Assembly (NCBI GenBank): GCA_963819655.1
Contig: CAWFXA010000001.1
Span: 327,155 to 391,154 of the forward strand
Origin: an uncultured Chloroflexia bacterium
GTDB taxonomy: Bacteria > Chloroflexota > Limnocylindria > Limnocylindrales > CSP1-4
Length of the DNA stretch: 64,000 nt
Direction: 5' to 3'
In this document: positions 26,412-36,037 of the stretch, piece by piece
How the letters are laid out: every line of letters begins with the position of its first letter
Numbering within the stretch: the stretch's first letter is position 1
Made by a program: the position numbers and the translations under genes
Notes under the pieces: model-generated
Seen by the model: only the letters and a program-made list of their open reading frames with translations
What the model was told of the DNA's origin: nothing
The model's database searches: none

Positions 26412-27362
26412 ATGCGGATCGCGACCTGGAACGTCAACTCGCTGAAGGCCCGCCAGGAGGCCGTCGACAAGTGGCTGGAGCGCGCCGAACCGGACATCCT
26501 CCTCATGCAGGAGACCAAGCTGTCCGATGAGGACGCCCCGCTGATGCAGTTCCAGATGGCCGGCTACGACCTGCTGCATCACGGCGAGGGTCGCTGGAAC
26601 GGCGTCGCGATCGCCGCGCGCGAGGGTCTGACCTTCGATGACGTGGTGACCAACTTCGGCGACGGGCCCGTTCGCGACAGCGGTGCCGGCGCGGGCGGTC
26701 TCCAGGAAGACGACTTCGACCCGTTCGACGAGGCCCGGATGCTGACCGCGGTCTCGAATGGGGTCCGCTTCGTCTGCCTGTATGCCCCGAACGGTCGGGT
26801 CGTCGGCAGCCCGTTCTATGAGGGCAAGCTGCGCTGGTTCGAGCGAGTTCGCCGATGGCTGGACGAGACGCGGTCGCCCGATGAGGCGCTCGTGCTTGCC
26901 GGTGACTACAACGTGACGCCGGCCGACGAGGACGTGTGGGATCCGGTCAAGGCACACGGTGGGACACATGTGTCGGAGCCGGAGCGAGAGGCGCTCGCCA
27001 CGCTGCGCGAGTGGGGCCTCACGGATGCGTACCGGCTCCAGGAGCAACGCGGCGGCCGCTTCAGTTGGTGGGATTACCGGGCGGGGATGTTCCATCGCAA
27101 CGAGGGGATGCGCATCGACCTGCTGTACGTGACCGAGTCGGTCGCGAGCCGGGTCGAGTGGGCGGAGATCGATCGCGAGGCGCGCAAGGGGCCGCCCGTC
27201 CCGTCCGATCACGCTCCGGTGGTGGTCGATCTCGACGCTCCCGGGAAGGCGTTCGACGCGGGCTGGGATGAGGCCCTTGCCCGGATCCAGGCCCGGACCA
27301 GACCCGGTGGCCGGAAGAGTCCAGCCCAGGTGCGCTACGAGGAAGAGCGACGACCACGCTGA
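26412..27362 (+). CDS. xthA: Exodeoxyribonuclease III (AP endonuclease, EEP family)
   Basis: MRIATWNVNSLKAR...DILLMQETK...GDYNVTP...PSDHAPVVVDL. Confidence 0.9.
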   Translation: MRIATWNVNSLKARQEAVDKWLERAEPDILLMQETKLSDEDAPLMQFQMAGYDLLHHGEGRWNGVAIAAREGLTFDDVVTNFGDGPVRDSGAGAGGLQEDDFDPFDEARMLTAVSNGVRFVCLYAPNGRVVGSPFYEGKLRWFERVRRWLDETRSPDEALVLAGDYNVTPADEDVWDPVKAHGGTHVSEPEREALATLREWGLTDAYRLQEQRGGRFSWWDYRAGMFHRNEGMRIDLLYVTESVASRVEWAEIDREARKGPPVPSDHAPVVVDLDAPGKAFDAGWDEALARIQARTRPGGRKSPAQVRYEEERRPR

Positions 27363-27441
27363 GGCGGCAGGCACCGCCCCGTTGCGGTGGCCGAAACGGC
27401 GTGCGCCGAGTCCCACGGGCCGAACGTAGGCTCGCCCCCGG

Positions 27442-28563
27442 ATGATGGCCCCCAGCGACGCCTCGGCAGAGATTCGCCTGATCGGCCTGGAGAAGCGCTT
27501 CGGCGAGATCCGGGCGGTCGACGGCGTGACGCTCGACATCCGGACCGCGGAGTTCTTCTCGCTCCTCGGCCCGTCGGGCTGTGGCAAGACCACGACCCTC
27601 AGGATGATCGGCGGCTTCGAGCGACCGACGGCGGGCCGGATCCTTCTCCGTGACCGCGACGTCACCGACGACCCGCCCGACAAGCGCCCGGTCAACATGG
27701 TCTTCCAGCAGTACGCCCTGTTCCCGCACCTCGACGTCGCGGCCAACATCGGCTTCGGGCTGCGACGCCGCAACGTCGCTCGGACCGAGATCGCGCGGCG
27801 TGTCGGGGAGGTGCTCGAGCTCGTGCGGCTGGAGGGCTACGACCGCCGCAAGCCGTCCGCGTTGTCGGGCGGTCAGCAGCAGCGCGTGGCGCTCGCCAGG
27901 GCGCTCGTGAACAGGCCGAACGTCCTCCTGCTCGACGAACCGCTCGGAGCGCTCGACCTGAAGCTCCGGCGCCAGCTCCAGGTCGAGCTCAAGCGGATCC
28001 AGGCTGAGGTCGGCATCACGTTCGTCTACGTGACGCACGACCAGGAAGAGGCACTCACGATGAGCGACCGGATCGCGGTCATGCACGCCGGCCGTGTCGA
28101 GCAGCTGGGGACGCCGGAGGAGCTGTACGAGCGGCCAGCGACTCGCTTCGTCGCCGATTTCATCGGGACGACGAACCTCCTGTCCGGGTCCGTCGAGTCG
28201 ACAGCCGGCGGAACCGCGATCGTCCGCCTCGAAGGCGGCGATACCTGCGCCGTGGCCGGCACTGACCTGCGCGCCGGCCGGACGGTCGAACTCTCGATCC
28301 GACCGGAATCGATCGTCCTGAAGCGGTCCAATGGCACCGCGCACGACGGCCACGCACCGCTGCGCGCCCAGGTCGAGCAGGTCGCCTATCTCGGGGGAAC
28401 CGTCCAGTACCAGGTCCGCACGCGCGGCGGCCTGGCAATCACCGTGCTCGCGCCGAAGTCCGGGGAGCGGCACCAGATCGGAAGCGACGTCGACATCGTC
28501 TGGCCGCCTGCCGAGGCACTGGTCCTCGACGCGGCCCCCGCCGAGGAGGAGGTCACGACATGA
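27442..28563 (+). CDS. ABC transporter ATP-binding protein, PotA/spermidine-putrescine-type
   Basis: Walker A GPSGCGKTT. Signature LSGGQQQRVALARAL. Walker B LLLDEPLGALD. C-terminal TOBE-like domain. Confidence 0.85.
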   Translation: MMAPSDASAEIRLIGLEKRFGEIRAVDGVTLDIRTAEFFSLLGPSGCGKTTTLRMIGGFERPTAGRILLRDRDVTDDPPDKRPVNMVFQQYALFPHLDVAANIGFGLRRRNVARTEIARRVGEVLELVRLEGYDRRKPSALSGGQQQRVALARALVNRPNVLLLDEPLGALDLKLRRQLQVELKRIQAEVGITFVYVTHDQEEALTMSDRIAVMHAGRVEQLGTPEELYERPATRFVADFIGTTNLLSGSVESTAGGTAIVRLEGGDTCAVAGTDLRAGRTVELSIRPESIVLKRSNGTAHDGHAPLRAQVEQVAYLGGTVQYQVRTRGGLAITVLAPKSGERHQIGSDVDIVWPPAEALVLDAAPAEEEVTT

Positions 28564-29768
28564 ACGAAAGGCACGATGGATCGAGCATCGATCTCGAGAA
28601 GGCTCTGGTCCGCTACATGGTGGAGCGCCGCGTCACACGCCGGGAGCTCCTCGAGCGCATCGCGCTGGTGGGCGGTGCGGCGGCGCTCGCGCCGGTCATC
28701 GCCGCCTGTACGTCGAGCGGCACGGCGAGCCCGTCGGTCTCGGCCGCCGCCGCGCCCTCGTCGGCCGCTCCGTCGGCGTCCGCGGCACCGACGCCTGTGC
28801 CATCGCCCGAGGCGGAGCTGAACATCCTCAACTGGGTCGACTACCTCGCCGACGATGTCATCAAGTCTTTCGAGGACCAGCACAACGTCAAGGTCACCCA
28901 GAGCTTCTTCTCGAATACCGACGAGATGTACGCCAAGCTCGGGACGGACGGTGGCGACTACGACATCAGCTTCCCGATCTCGGTCGACGTCCCGAAGATG
29001 ATCGAGGGTGGGGTCATCGCGAAGCTCGACCCGTCCTTCCTGACGAACATCGGCAACCTTGGCGCGGAATGGGCCAACCCGGGATACGACCCCGGCAACC
29101 AGTACACGGTCCCGTACATGTGGTGGACGACGGGTGTCGGCTACGACCCGGCGCGCATCAAGGAAGAGCCGACCAGCTCGAAGGCGCTCTGGGATGACCG
29201 CTGGAGCCAGCACATCGCGATGCTCGACGACTGGCAGGAGGTGTTCGGGCTGGCGCTGATCCAGCTCGGACATTCCGCGAACACCGAGGATGAAGCCCAA
29301 CTCGATGCGGCGCTGGCCCTCCTCAAGCAGCAGAAGCCGCTTGTCCGGACCTACTCGACCGACACGATCGCGACGATGACCTCGGGCGACGTGTGGATCG
29401 GTCACATCTGGGGTGCGGACCGCTTCGCCATCCAGGAAGCGATCCCGGACTTCGCCTACTACATCCCCGCGGAAGGCGGCGTGAAGGGCTCTGACACCGT
29501 CGCCACTTTCACGGGGTCGCCACATCCGATCGCATCGCAGATGTTCATCAACCACCTGCTCGACGCTCAGAACAGCGCCCTCAACACCAACCTCATCTAC
29601 TACATGGGCCCGAACGCGGCCGCGAAGGAGTTCATCGATCCGGCGATCCTGAGCGACCCGACGATCAACCCCGACCAGGAGATCGTCGACAAGCTCGAGG
29701 AGCTGCTCAGCCTCAGCGGTTCCGTCCGCGACGCGTACCTGTCGCGCTGGCAAGAGCTGCGAGGCTGA
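28560..29768 (+). CDS. ABC transporter substrate-binding lipoprotein, PotD/PotF (polyamine/opine) family
   Basis: ATGA overlap with the ATPase gene. Lipobox IAACTSSG. Family-typical WVDYLADDVIKSFE...GHIWGAD. Confidence 0.8.
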   Translation: MNERHDGSSIDLEKALVRYMVERRVTRRELLERIALVGGAAALAPVIAACTSSGTASPSVSAAAAPSSAAPSASAAPTPVPSPEAELNILNWVDYLADDVIKSFEDQHNVKVTQSFFSNTDEMYAKLGTDGGDYDISFPISVDVPKMIEGGVIAKLDPSFLTNIGNLGAEWANPGYDPGNQYTVPYMWWTTGVGYDPARIKEEPTSSKALWDDRWSQHIAMLDDWQEVFGLALIQLGHSANTEDEAQLDAALALLKQQKPLVRTYSTDTIATMTSGDVWIGHIWGADRFAIQEAIPDFAYYIPAEGGVKGSDTVATFTGSPHPIASQMFINHLLDAQNSALNTNLIYYMGPNAAAKEFIDPAILSDPTINPDQEIVDKLEELLSLSGSVRDAYLSRWQELRG

Positions 29769-29776
29769 CCGGGCAC

Positions 29777-30679
29777 ATGGGCGCGGCGGTCGGCACAGTC
29801 GAGGCGACCGCCGCTGCCACACCCGGTCGATTGGCGCGACTGCGCGCCGCGTGGCTGGTCCTGCCCGGGGTGGGCTGGCTGATCGCGTTCTTCATCGTCC
29901 CGCTGGCGATCATCTTCGTGGTCAGCCTGGGCTCGCGCGACGCGCTCGACCGCATCACGCTCGAGCGGCTCTCGCTCGACAACTACGTCCGGGCGTTCGA
30001 TCCGGTCTTCCTGCCGACGTTCCTCAACTCGCTTCGCTACGCGGCGATCACGACGATCCTGTCACTCGCCATCGGCTACCCCGTCGCGTACTGGATCAGT
30101 CGATACGGCGGGCGGCACAAGGTCCTGCTGCTCATCCTCGTGATGCTCCCGTTCTGGACGAGCTATCTGATCCGGACGTACTCCTGGATCATCCTGTTGC
30201 GCGACAACGGTGTCGTGAACTCGGTCCTCCAGACGATCGGGCTGACCCAGGAGCCGATCATCCTCATGAACACGGACATCTCCGTGATCCTCGGGATGTC
30301 GTACGGGTTCCTGCCGTTCGCGATCCTGCCACTGTTCGTCTCGATCGACCGGCTCGATCCCGACCTCGTCGCGGCCGGACGCGACCTGTACGCCTCAGGT
30401 CGAGGCGCGTTCCTCCACGTGACTCTGCCGCTCACGATGCCCGGGATCATCGCCGCGGCATTGCTGACGTTCATCCCGGCGCTCGGCGACTTCGTGACGC
30501 CCGACCTGCTCGGCGGACCGCAGACGACAACGATCGCCAAGAACATCCAGGTCCTGTTCCTGGCGGGACGTGACTGGCCATACGGTGCGGCGCTCGGTTT
30601 CGTGCTGATGATCGTGACGCTCACCGGGACGCTCATCGCGTTGCGGACTCTCCGGCGAGAGGTTGTCGGTGGCGACTGA
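29777..30679 (+). CDS. ABC transporter permease (PotB-like)
   Basis: Six TM helices. EAA-like loop DLYASGRGAFLHVTLPLTMPGIIAAAL. Confidence 0.85.
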   Translation: MGAAVGTVEATAAATPGRLARLRAAWLVLPGVGWLIAFFIVPLAIIFVVSLGSRDALDRITLERLSLDNYVRAFDPVFLPTFLNSLRYAAITTILSLAIGYPVAYWISRYGGRHKVLLLILVMLPFWTSYLIRTYSWIILLRDNGVVNSVLQTIGLTQEPIILMNTDISVILGMSYGFLPFAILPLFVSIDRLDPDLVAAGRDLYASGRGAFLHVTLPLTMPGIIAAALLTFIPALGDFVTPDLLGGPQTTTIAKNIQVLFLAGRDWPYGAALGFVLMIVTLTGTLIALRTLRREVVGGD

Positions 30680-30703
30680 GACTGTCGGCGAGGCCGGCCC
30701 GCC

Positions 30704-31513
30704 ATGATCCGCGAGGGCAACCGCTGGCTGTCGGCCTACGCGGTCCTCGTGTACGCGTTCCTGTTCGCGCCGATCCTGGTCCTGATCATCTACTCGTTCA
30801 ATCGGGCCCGACGGGGACTCGTGTGGCAGGGGTTCACGCTCGACTGGTACCCGAAGCTGCTCGCGAACGACGAGCTGCTCGATGCGCTCATCGTCACGCT
30901 CCAGGTGGCGGCCGTCGCGGTCCTCGTGTCGACCGTTCTTGGCGCACTGCTCGGTCTCGGGCTGGCGCGGCTGCGGTTCCGCGGCCGTGGCGCGACCGAG
31001 ACGCTACTCCTCGTCCCGATGATCACGCCCGAGATCGTGATGGGTCTGTCGCTGCTGCTGTTCTTCGTCCAGCTGTTCGACGTCCATGGCTCGATCGCCC
31101 AGCTGTGGGTGGCGCACATCACGTTCTGCGTGTCATACGTTGCGATCGTCGTGCGCGCGCGAGCGGCGAACATGGACCCGCATCTGGAAGAGGCCGCGCG
31201 CGACCTCGGGGCGTCGGCCTGGGGCGCATTCCGTTTCGTGACGCTGCCGCTCATCGCACCGGCGGTGCTGGCCGGGGCGCTGCTGGCCTTCTCGCTGAGC
31301 TTCGACGATTACGTCGTCTCGACCTTCAACTCCGGGGTCGGCAGCTCGACCCTGCCGCTGTACATCTACGGCAAGATCAAGTTCGGCGTGACGCCCGAGA
31401 TCAACGCGATCTCGACGATCGTTGTCGCCGTCACCGCCGTCGCGATCCTCATCGCCTGGCGAGCCGGCGCGTTCAGCCCCGCGACCGAGCGGCGGGTCGC
31501 GGACGACCGCTGA
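30704..31513 (+). CDS. ABC transporter permease (PotC-like)
   Basis: Six TM helices. EAA loop EEAARDLGASAWGAFRFVTLPLIAPAVL. Confidence 0.85.
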   Translation: MIREGNRWLSAYAVLVYAFLFAPILVLIIYSFNRARRGLVWQGFTLDWYPKLLANDELLDALIVTLQVAAVAVLVSTVLGALLGLGLARLRFRGRGATETLLLVPMITPEIVMGLSLLLFFVQLFDVHGSIAQLWVAHITFCVSYVAIVVRARAANMDPHLEEAARDLGASAWGAFRFVTLPLIAPAVLAGALLAFSLSFDDYVVSTFNSGVGSSTLPLYIYGKIKFGVTPEINAISTIVVAVTAVAILIAWRAGAFSPATERRVADDR

Positions 31514-31547
31514 CCGACTCTGCCTCGAGCGGCGTCGACCGGCTTCG

Positions 31548-32852
31548 TCAGGTCCTGGTGGCCGCCTTGGCCCTGGCCGCGGACCGTGACGAGGCGTCCG
31601 GCGTGGCGCGCGGGAGGCGGACGCCGGCGATGTCCCCCTCGAAGACGTCGCCGTCCTTCGGCGTCGGAACGTCGTACCGCAGACGGATCGTTCGCTGCGA
31701 GTTCATGCCGTCGTTCGCATAGCGGTCGACAGCCATCAGGTCGAAGGCGTGGACGCTCGGCTCCTGGTTCGAGAAGCGACCCGCCGTCCAGCTCTGCGAC
31801 TTGGTCCCGCGCTGCTGGAGCTCGCAGACGTGCCAGTCCTGGCGGTTCGTCAGGTCCCAGAACGCGATCGCATCGGATGGGTCGAAGCCGGGGGCCGCAA
31901 TCGTCTCGGGTTCGAACATCCACTCGCAGGTGATCCGCGTGTGGGCCGGGCCGGCCGGCTGCAACCGATGAACGAGCAGGTAGTCGGGGTGGATCGACAG
32001 GAAGGTCATCGGCCAGATGAGGTAGTAGTAGATCCGCCGTTCATCGATCGGCGTGATCCCGGGGATCGCCGGGCGGCCGCCACGATGGCCGCCGTCGATC
32101 GCCATCGTCTCGGCGCTGTCGACGAGCTCCATCCAGCCACCCTGCCACGGTCCGGTTGGTGCGAAGTCGCCGCCGATGTCGTACGGCGTCAGCCTGTTCA
32201 GCTGCGGGTGGATGCCAGGGCAGTGGTAGCACTCGCTGTAGTTCTCGCCGACGAACTTCCAGTTCGTGTCGACCTCGTACGTGACCGTGTGCGCGACACG
32301 GAGACGGGCGAAGTCGAACCGCGCGAGGTGCGGCGGCAGGTCGCCCAGCCACTCGATGAGTGGCGGTGTCTCCGGGGAGAGACAGACGAAGACGAAGCCC
32401 TGCCAGGTCTCCATCCGGACCGCGACCAGCCCGAAGTCCTTGCGGTCGAAGTCGTCGAGGTCGTCGGTGTGCTTGGCCCGGATGAGTGACCCATCGAGGT
32501 CGTAGATCCAGGCGTGATACGGGCACTGGAACCGGACGGCGGGCCCGCACGGATCCTCGACGACCGCCGTCCCGCGGTGGCGGCAGACGTTGTAGAACGC
32601 CCGGAGCTGGCCGTCGCGACCGCGGGCGATCAACAGCTGCTCGTCGTCGAGGGTCGCCAGGAAGTAGGTGCCCGGCGTTGGCGCGTCCTCCTCCCGCCCG
32701 ACGACCATCCACTCGCGCCGGAACCATTCCTGTCGCTCGAAATCGTGGATCGCCGGGTCGTGATAGGCCCGCCCGGGCAGCAGGGACGCGGCCCGGTACG
32801 GCTTGCGGACGGCGGCGATCTCCTCCGCGGTGAGCGGTCCGGTCGTAGTCAT
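31548..32852 (-). CDS. Rieske non-haem-iron oxygenase alpha subunit (aromatic-ring-hydroxylating / GbcA-CntA-like family)
   Basis: Rieske box CRHRG...CPYHAW. Mononuclear iron site ENYSECYHCPGIHP. Start MTTTGPLTAEE with an AAGGAC RBS. The start overlaps the stop of the upstream GcvT-like gene (ATGA). Confidence 0.8.
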   Translation of the reverse strand: MTTTGPLTAEEIAAVRKPYRAASLLPGRAYHDPAIHDFERQEWFRREWMVVGREEDAPTPGTYFLATLDDEQLLIARGRDGQLRAFYNVCRHRGTAVVEDPCGPAVRFQCPYHAWIYDLDGSLIRAKHTDDLDDFDRKDFGLVAVRMETWQGFVFVCLSPETPPLIEWLGDLPPHLARFDFARLRVAHTVTYEVDTNWKFVGENYSECYHCPGIHPQLNRLTPYDIGGDFAPTGPWQGGWMELVDSAETMAIDGGHRGGRPAIPGITPIDERRIYYYLIWPMTFLSIHPDYLLVHRLQPAGPAHTRITCEWMFEPETIAAPGFDPSDAIAFWDLTNRQDWHVCELQQRGTKSQSWTAGRFSNQEPSVHAFDLMAVDRYANDGMNSQRTIRLRYDVPTPKDGDVFEGDIAGVRLPRATPDASSRSAARAKAATRT

Positions 32853-34021
32853 GTCTTGGGAACGTCCTTCTTCGGGTCGAGGAACGGGATGGCCGCGGTT
32901 CGTGCCGGCCAGCGGCCACCGTCGGGCGCCTCGATCTCGAGTGGTGTCCTGGCCCCGGCGAGGCCGATCGGCATCCACACGTAGCCGATGTTCCGCTCGA
33001 GGCGCGGCGACCAGATGAGGTCCGTGACGGTGCCGACCGGTTCCCCGTCGTGGAACGCGCGGCACTTGCGCGACAGCTCGAACGGAAGCGCCTCCCCGTC
33101 CATCTCGATGCCGACGAGCTTGCGGTCGACGCCGGTCCGCCGGATCTCCTCCAGCGCCGCCTTGCCGATGTAGTCGGCGTCCTGCTCCTCCACGAGCCGC
33201 TCCAGACCCATGACGTGGAACGGGCTGTCCGCGATCGTGATGTCGGAGCCGTAGTTGAAGATGCCGGCTTCGATCCGACGCGCCTCGCACGGTGCGATCG
33301 GCCGGATGCCGTGCGGGCGGCCGGCTTCCATGATCCGGTCCCACAGCTCGCCACCCCGGGACGGGTCGCGCAGATAGATCTCGTAGCCGACCTCGCCGGT
33401 CCAGCCGGTCCGCGAGATGACGACGGGGATCCCGTCCAGCTCGGTCGTCAGCGTCCAGTAGTACTTGATATCGAGCACCTGCGGCCCGAACAGAGAGGCG
33501 AGGGTGTCTTTCGACTTGGGACCCTGGACCTGGACCGGGTAAACCTCCGGTTCGCGCACCGTGACGTCCATGCCGCTATGGATCGCGACGCCGCGCGCCC
33601 ACAGGCCCGCGTCCGAGTCGGCCAGGGCCAGCCACCAGCGATCTGCCTCGACCCGCAGCAGCACCGGGTCGTTGACGATGCCGCCGTCCTCGGCGGTGAT
33701 CAGCACGTATTTACCCTGGCCGACCGCGCACTTCGTCAGGTCGCGACAGGTCAGCGTGTTGACGAACGCCGACGCGTCGGGCCCGGTGATCTCGACGATG
33801 CGCTCGACCGACACGTCCCACAGCGTCACGTCGTTGAGCAGCGCCCAATACTCCTCGACGGGGTCGGCGTAATAGCCCGGCAGATACATGTGGTTGTAGA
33901 TGTCGTACGCGCTGCAGCCTGCCTCGAGGGTCTTCTCGAAGAACGGCGAGCGCCGGTACCACGGCCCGAAATAGAGGGTCGACGACTCGGTCGTCGCAGG
34001 TGTCGCGAGCGGCATGGCCAT
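32849..34021 (-). CDS. Aminomethyltransferase (glycine-cleavage T-protein / DmdA-LigM-like) family folate-binding protein
   Basis: GcvT-family fold (ISRTGWTGEVGYEIY, and YYAD...YWALLNDVTLWDVS). 390 aa. Translationally coupled to the Rieske alpha subunit. Confidence 0.8.
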   Translation of the reverse strand: MAMPLATPATTESSTLYFGPWYRRSPFFEKTLEAGCSAYDIYNHMYLPGYYADPVEEYWALLNDVTLWDVSVERIVEITGPDASAFVNTLTCRDLTKCAVGQGKYVLITAEDGGIVNDPVLLRVEADRWWLALADSDAGLWARGVAIHSGMDVTVREPEVYPVQVQGPKSKDTLASLFGPQVLDIKYYWTLTTELDGIPVVISRTGWTGEVGYEIYLRDPSRGGELWDRIMEAGRPHGIRPIAPCEARRIEAGIFNYGSDITIADSPFHVMGLERLVEEQDADYIGKAALEEIRRTGVDRKLVGIEMDGEALPFELSRKCRAFHDGEPVGTVTDLIWSPRLERNIGYVWMPIGLAGARTPLEIEAPDGGRWPARTAAIPFLDPKKDVPKT

Positions 34022-34336
34022 GGACGGCGGACCTCCTGGCAGGGTGGCGAACCGGTCCGATCGTGCAGCCTTGGGATCCTATTGCCTGTCGTGTTCCACC
34101 AGACGGCCCGGGTGGTGCAGCAGGTGCGACCGGGTCGTCCGATGGTCCCTCGGGCGTTCCCACCAGACGTGGCGATGCCCGGCTGCGATAACGCAACCGG
34201 GCATCTGTTCGGCCGATCTCCCCCCAGGATGAGGCCAAGTCGAACAGTACCCGGTACGTGGGTCCTATTCAAGGGGTAGGACCTTACAACTGGTGCAAAT
34301 TCGCACCGAATCGGGACGTTCGACAGGCCGCGCGCG

Positions 34337-35968
34337 CTACGACAGCGTCACGCGCTCGTGCCAGTGCGGGACGTGGGTCTCGAAGCCGAGCGCCCGGACC
34401 TTGGGCTCCAGCGCGAGCTGGGCATCCGGGTCACCGTGGACCAGGAAGATGCGCCGCGGATAGCCGGCCTGGCCCGCTACCTTGCCGTCGCGAAACCGGC
34501 CGATCCAGTCGAGCAGCTCGCTCTCGTCGGCGTGCGCCGAGAAGCCGGCGATCGAGCGGACCGTGCAGCGGACCTCCCGAGGCTGGCCGTCGATGCGGAC
34601 GGTGCGCACCCCGGCCTGCAGATGCGCCCCGAGCGTCCCCTCGCCCTGGTAGCCGACGAACAGGATCGTCGCGTTCGGATCGTCGATCAGGTTCCGCAGG
34701 TGGCCCACCACCCGGCCGCCCGTCAGCATCCCGTTGGACGCCACGATCATGTACGGCCGAGTCGCGAACTTGATCGCCTGGGACTCCTTCGGGCTGTTCG
34801 TGACGATCTGCGCCGGGTAGTCGAGCGGAGTGTCGCCCTCGCGGAGGAGCCGTGCGGTCTCCTCGTCGTAGTACTCGGCGTAGCGGCGATAGACGTCCGA
34901 CGCCTTGCGGGCCATCGGCGAGTCGAGGTAGAGGGGCAGTAACGGGATCTCGCCGCGGTCGATGAGCCGGTCGAGCTCCCACACCACCTCTTGCGTCCGG
35001 CCGATCGCGAAGGACGGCACGAGCAACACGCCTTCCGACTCGGCGACGAGGCGGACCGTCTCGGCGAGGATCCTGATGGCCTCTTCGTGCGGTTCGTGTT
35101 CGCGGCCACCGTACGTGGACTCGACGAGAACGTAGTCCGCGGCCGTGAGGTAGGTCGGGTCGCGGATGATCGGCGTCCCGGGCCGGCCGAGGTCACCCGA
35201 GCACACGATGATGCGCTCCTCACCGCCCTCCTGGACGCGCAGCCGGATGATCGCGGAACCGAGGATGTGACCAGCGTCGAGGAAGGTCGCCCAGACGCCC
35301 GGCGCGACCTCGCGCTCCTGGTCGTAGTCGATCGGCCGGAAATGCTCGAGCGTCCGCTCCGCATCCTTGACCGTGTACAGAGGCAGGTCGAGGTCGATGT
35401 CGATCGCCGGCGGCTGCGTCCGGAGCTCGACCTCCGGATCGGGCGGCCAGGCGTGAGGCGGCTCTGGTTCGATCGTCGTCTCGACGTGCTCACCGGCGTC
35501 CTGCGCGAGCAGCGCCTCCGCGAGCAGCGCCTCCGCCGAACCGCCCGCAGCCGCAAGATCGACCGCCGCCTGGTAGGCCTCCGCCTCGGCTCGGTCATCT
35601 GCCGCGACGAGATGCGGATGGCGCTTCTCCCAACGCGCCTCGCGTTTGGCGAACTCCTCGTGCAGATGTCCCGAGTCGAGCATGACAAGCGTCGCCAGCT
35701 CGATGGTCCCGGCGGTCGCGTGGATGGTGCCCTGGTAGCCGGCCTTGACCAGCAGCGGTAAGCGACCGCAATGGTCGAGGTGCGCATGGGTCAGCACGAC
35801 CGCGTCCAGCTCCGCCGGATCGAACCCGAACGGGATCCGGTTCCGGACCGACTCGTTGGGGCTGCCCTGGAACATCCCGCAATCGACCAGGACCTTCGCT
35901 CGATCGGTGGAGATGAGGAACTGGGAGCCGGTGACAGTGGTCGCGCCACCCAGGAACTGGATCTGCAT
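34337..35968 (-). CDS. MBL-fold metallo-hydrolase with a beta-CASP/RNA-metabolising domain (RNase J / CPSF-like)
   Basis: Metallo-beta-lactamase motif LTHAHLDHCG. Beta-CASP region with SAHAD. Start taken at MQIQFLGGATTVTGS. Confidence 0.8.
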   Translation of the reverse strand: MQIQFLGGATTVTGSQFLISTDRAKVLVDCGMFQGSPNESVRNRIPFGFDPAELDAVVLTHAHLDHCGRLPLLVKAGYQGTIHATAGTIELATLVMLDSGHLHEEFAKREARWEKRHPHLVAADDRAEAEAYQAAVDLAAAGGSAEALLAEALLAQDAGEHVETTIEPEPPHAWPPDPEVELRTQPPAIDIDLDLPLYTVKDAERTLEHFRPIDYDQEREVAPGVWATFLDAGHILGSAIIRLRVQEGGEERIIVCSGDLGRPGTPIIRDPTYLTAADYVLVESTYGGREHEPHEEAIRILAETVRLVAESEGVLLVPSFAIGRTQEVVWELDRLIDRGEIPLLPLYLDSPMARKASDVYRRYAEYYDEETARLLREGDTPLDYPAQIVTNSPKESQAIKFATRPYMIVASNGMLTGGRVVGHLRNLIDDPNATILFVGYQGEGTLGAHLQAGVRTVRIDGQPREVRCTVRSIAGFSAHADESELLDWIGRFRDGKVAGQAGYPRRIFLVHGDPDAQLALEPKVRALGFETHVPHWHERVTLS

Positions 35969-36037
35969 GCCCCGCATGGTGACAGGCCACACAGGGTGGC
36001 GGACCTCGCCGCCCGAGGGCACGCCCTCGCGCGGTCG

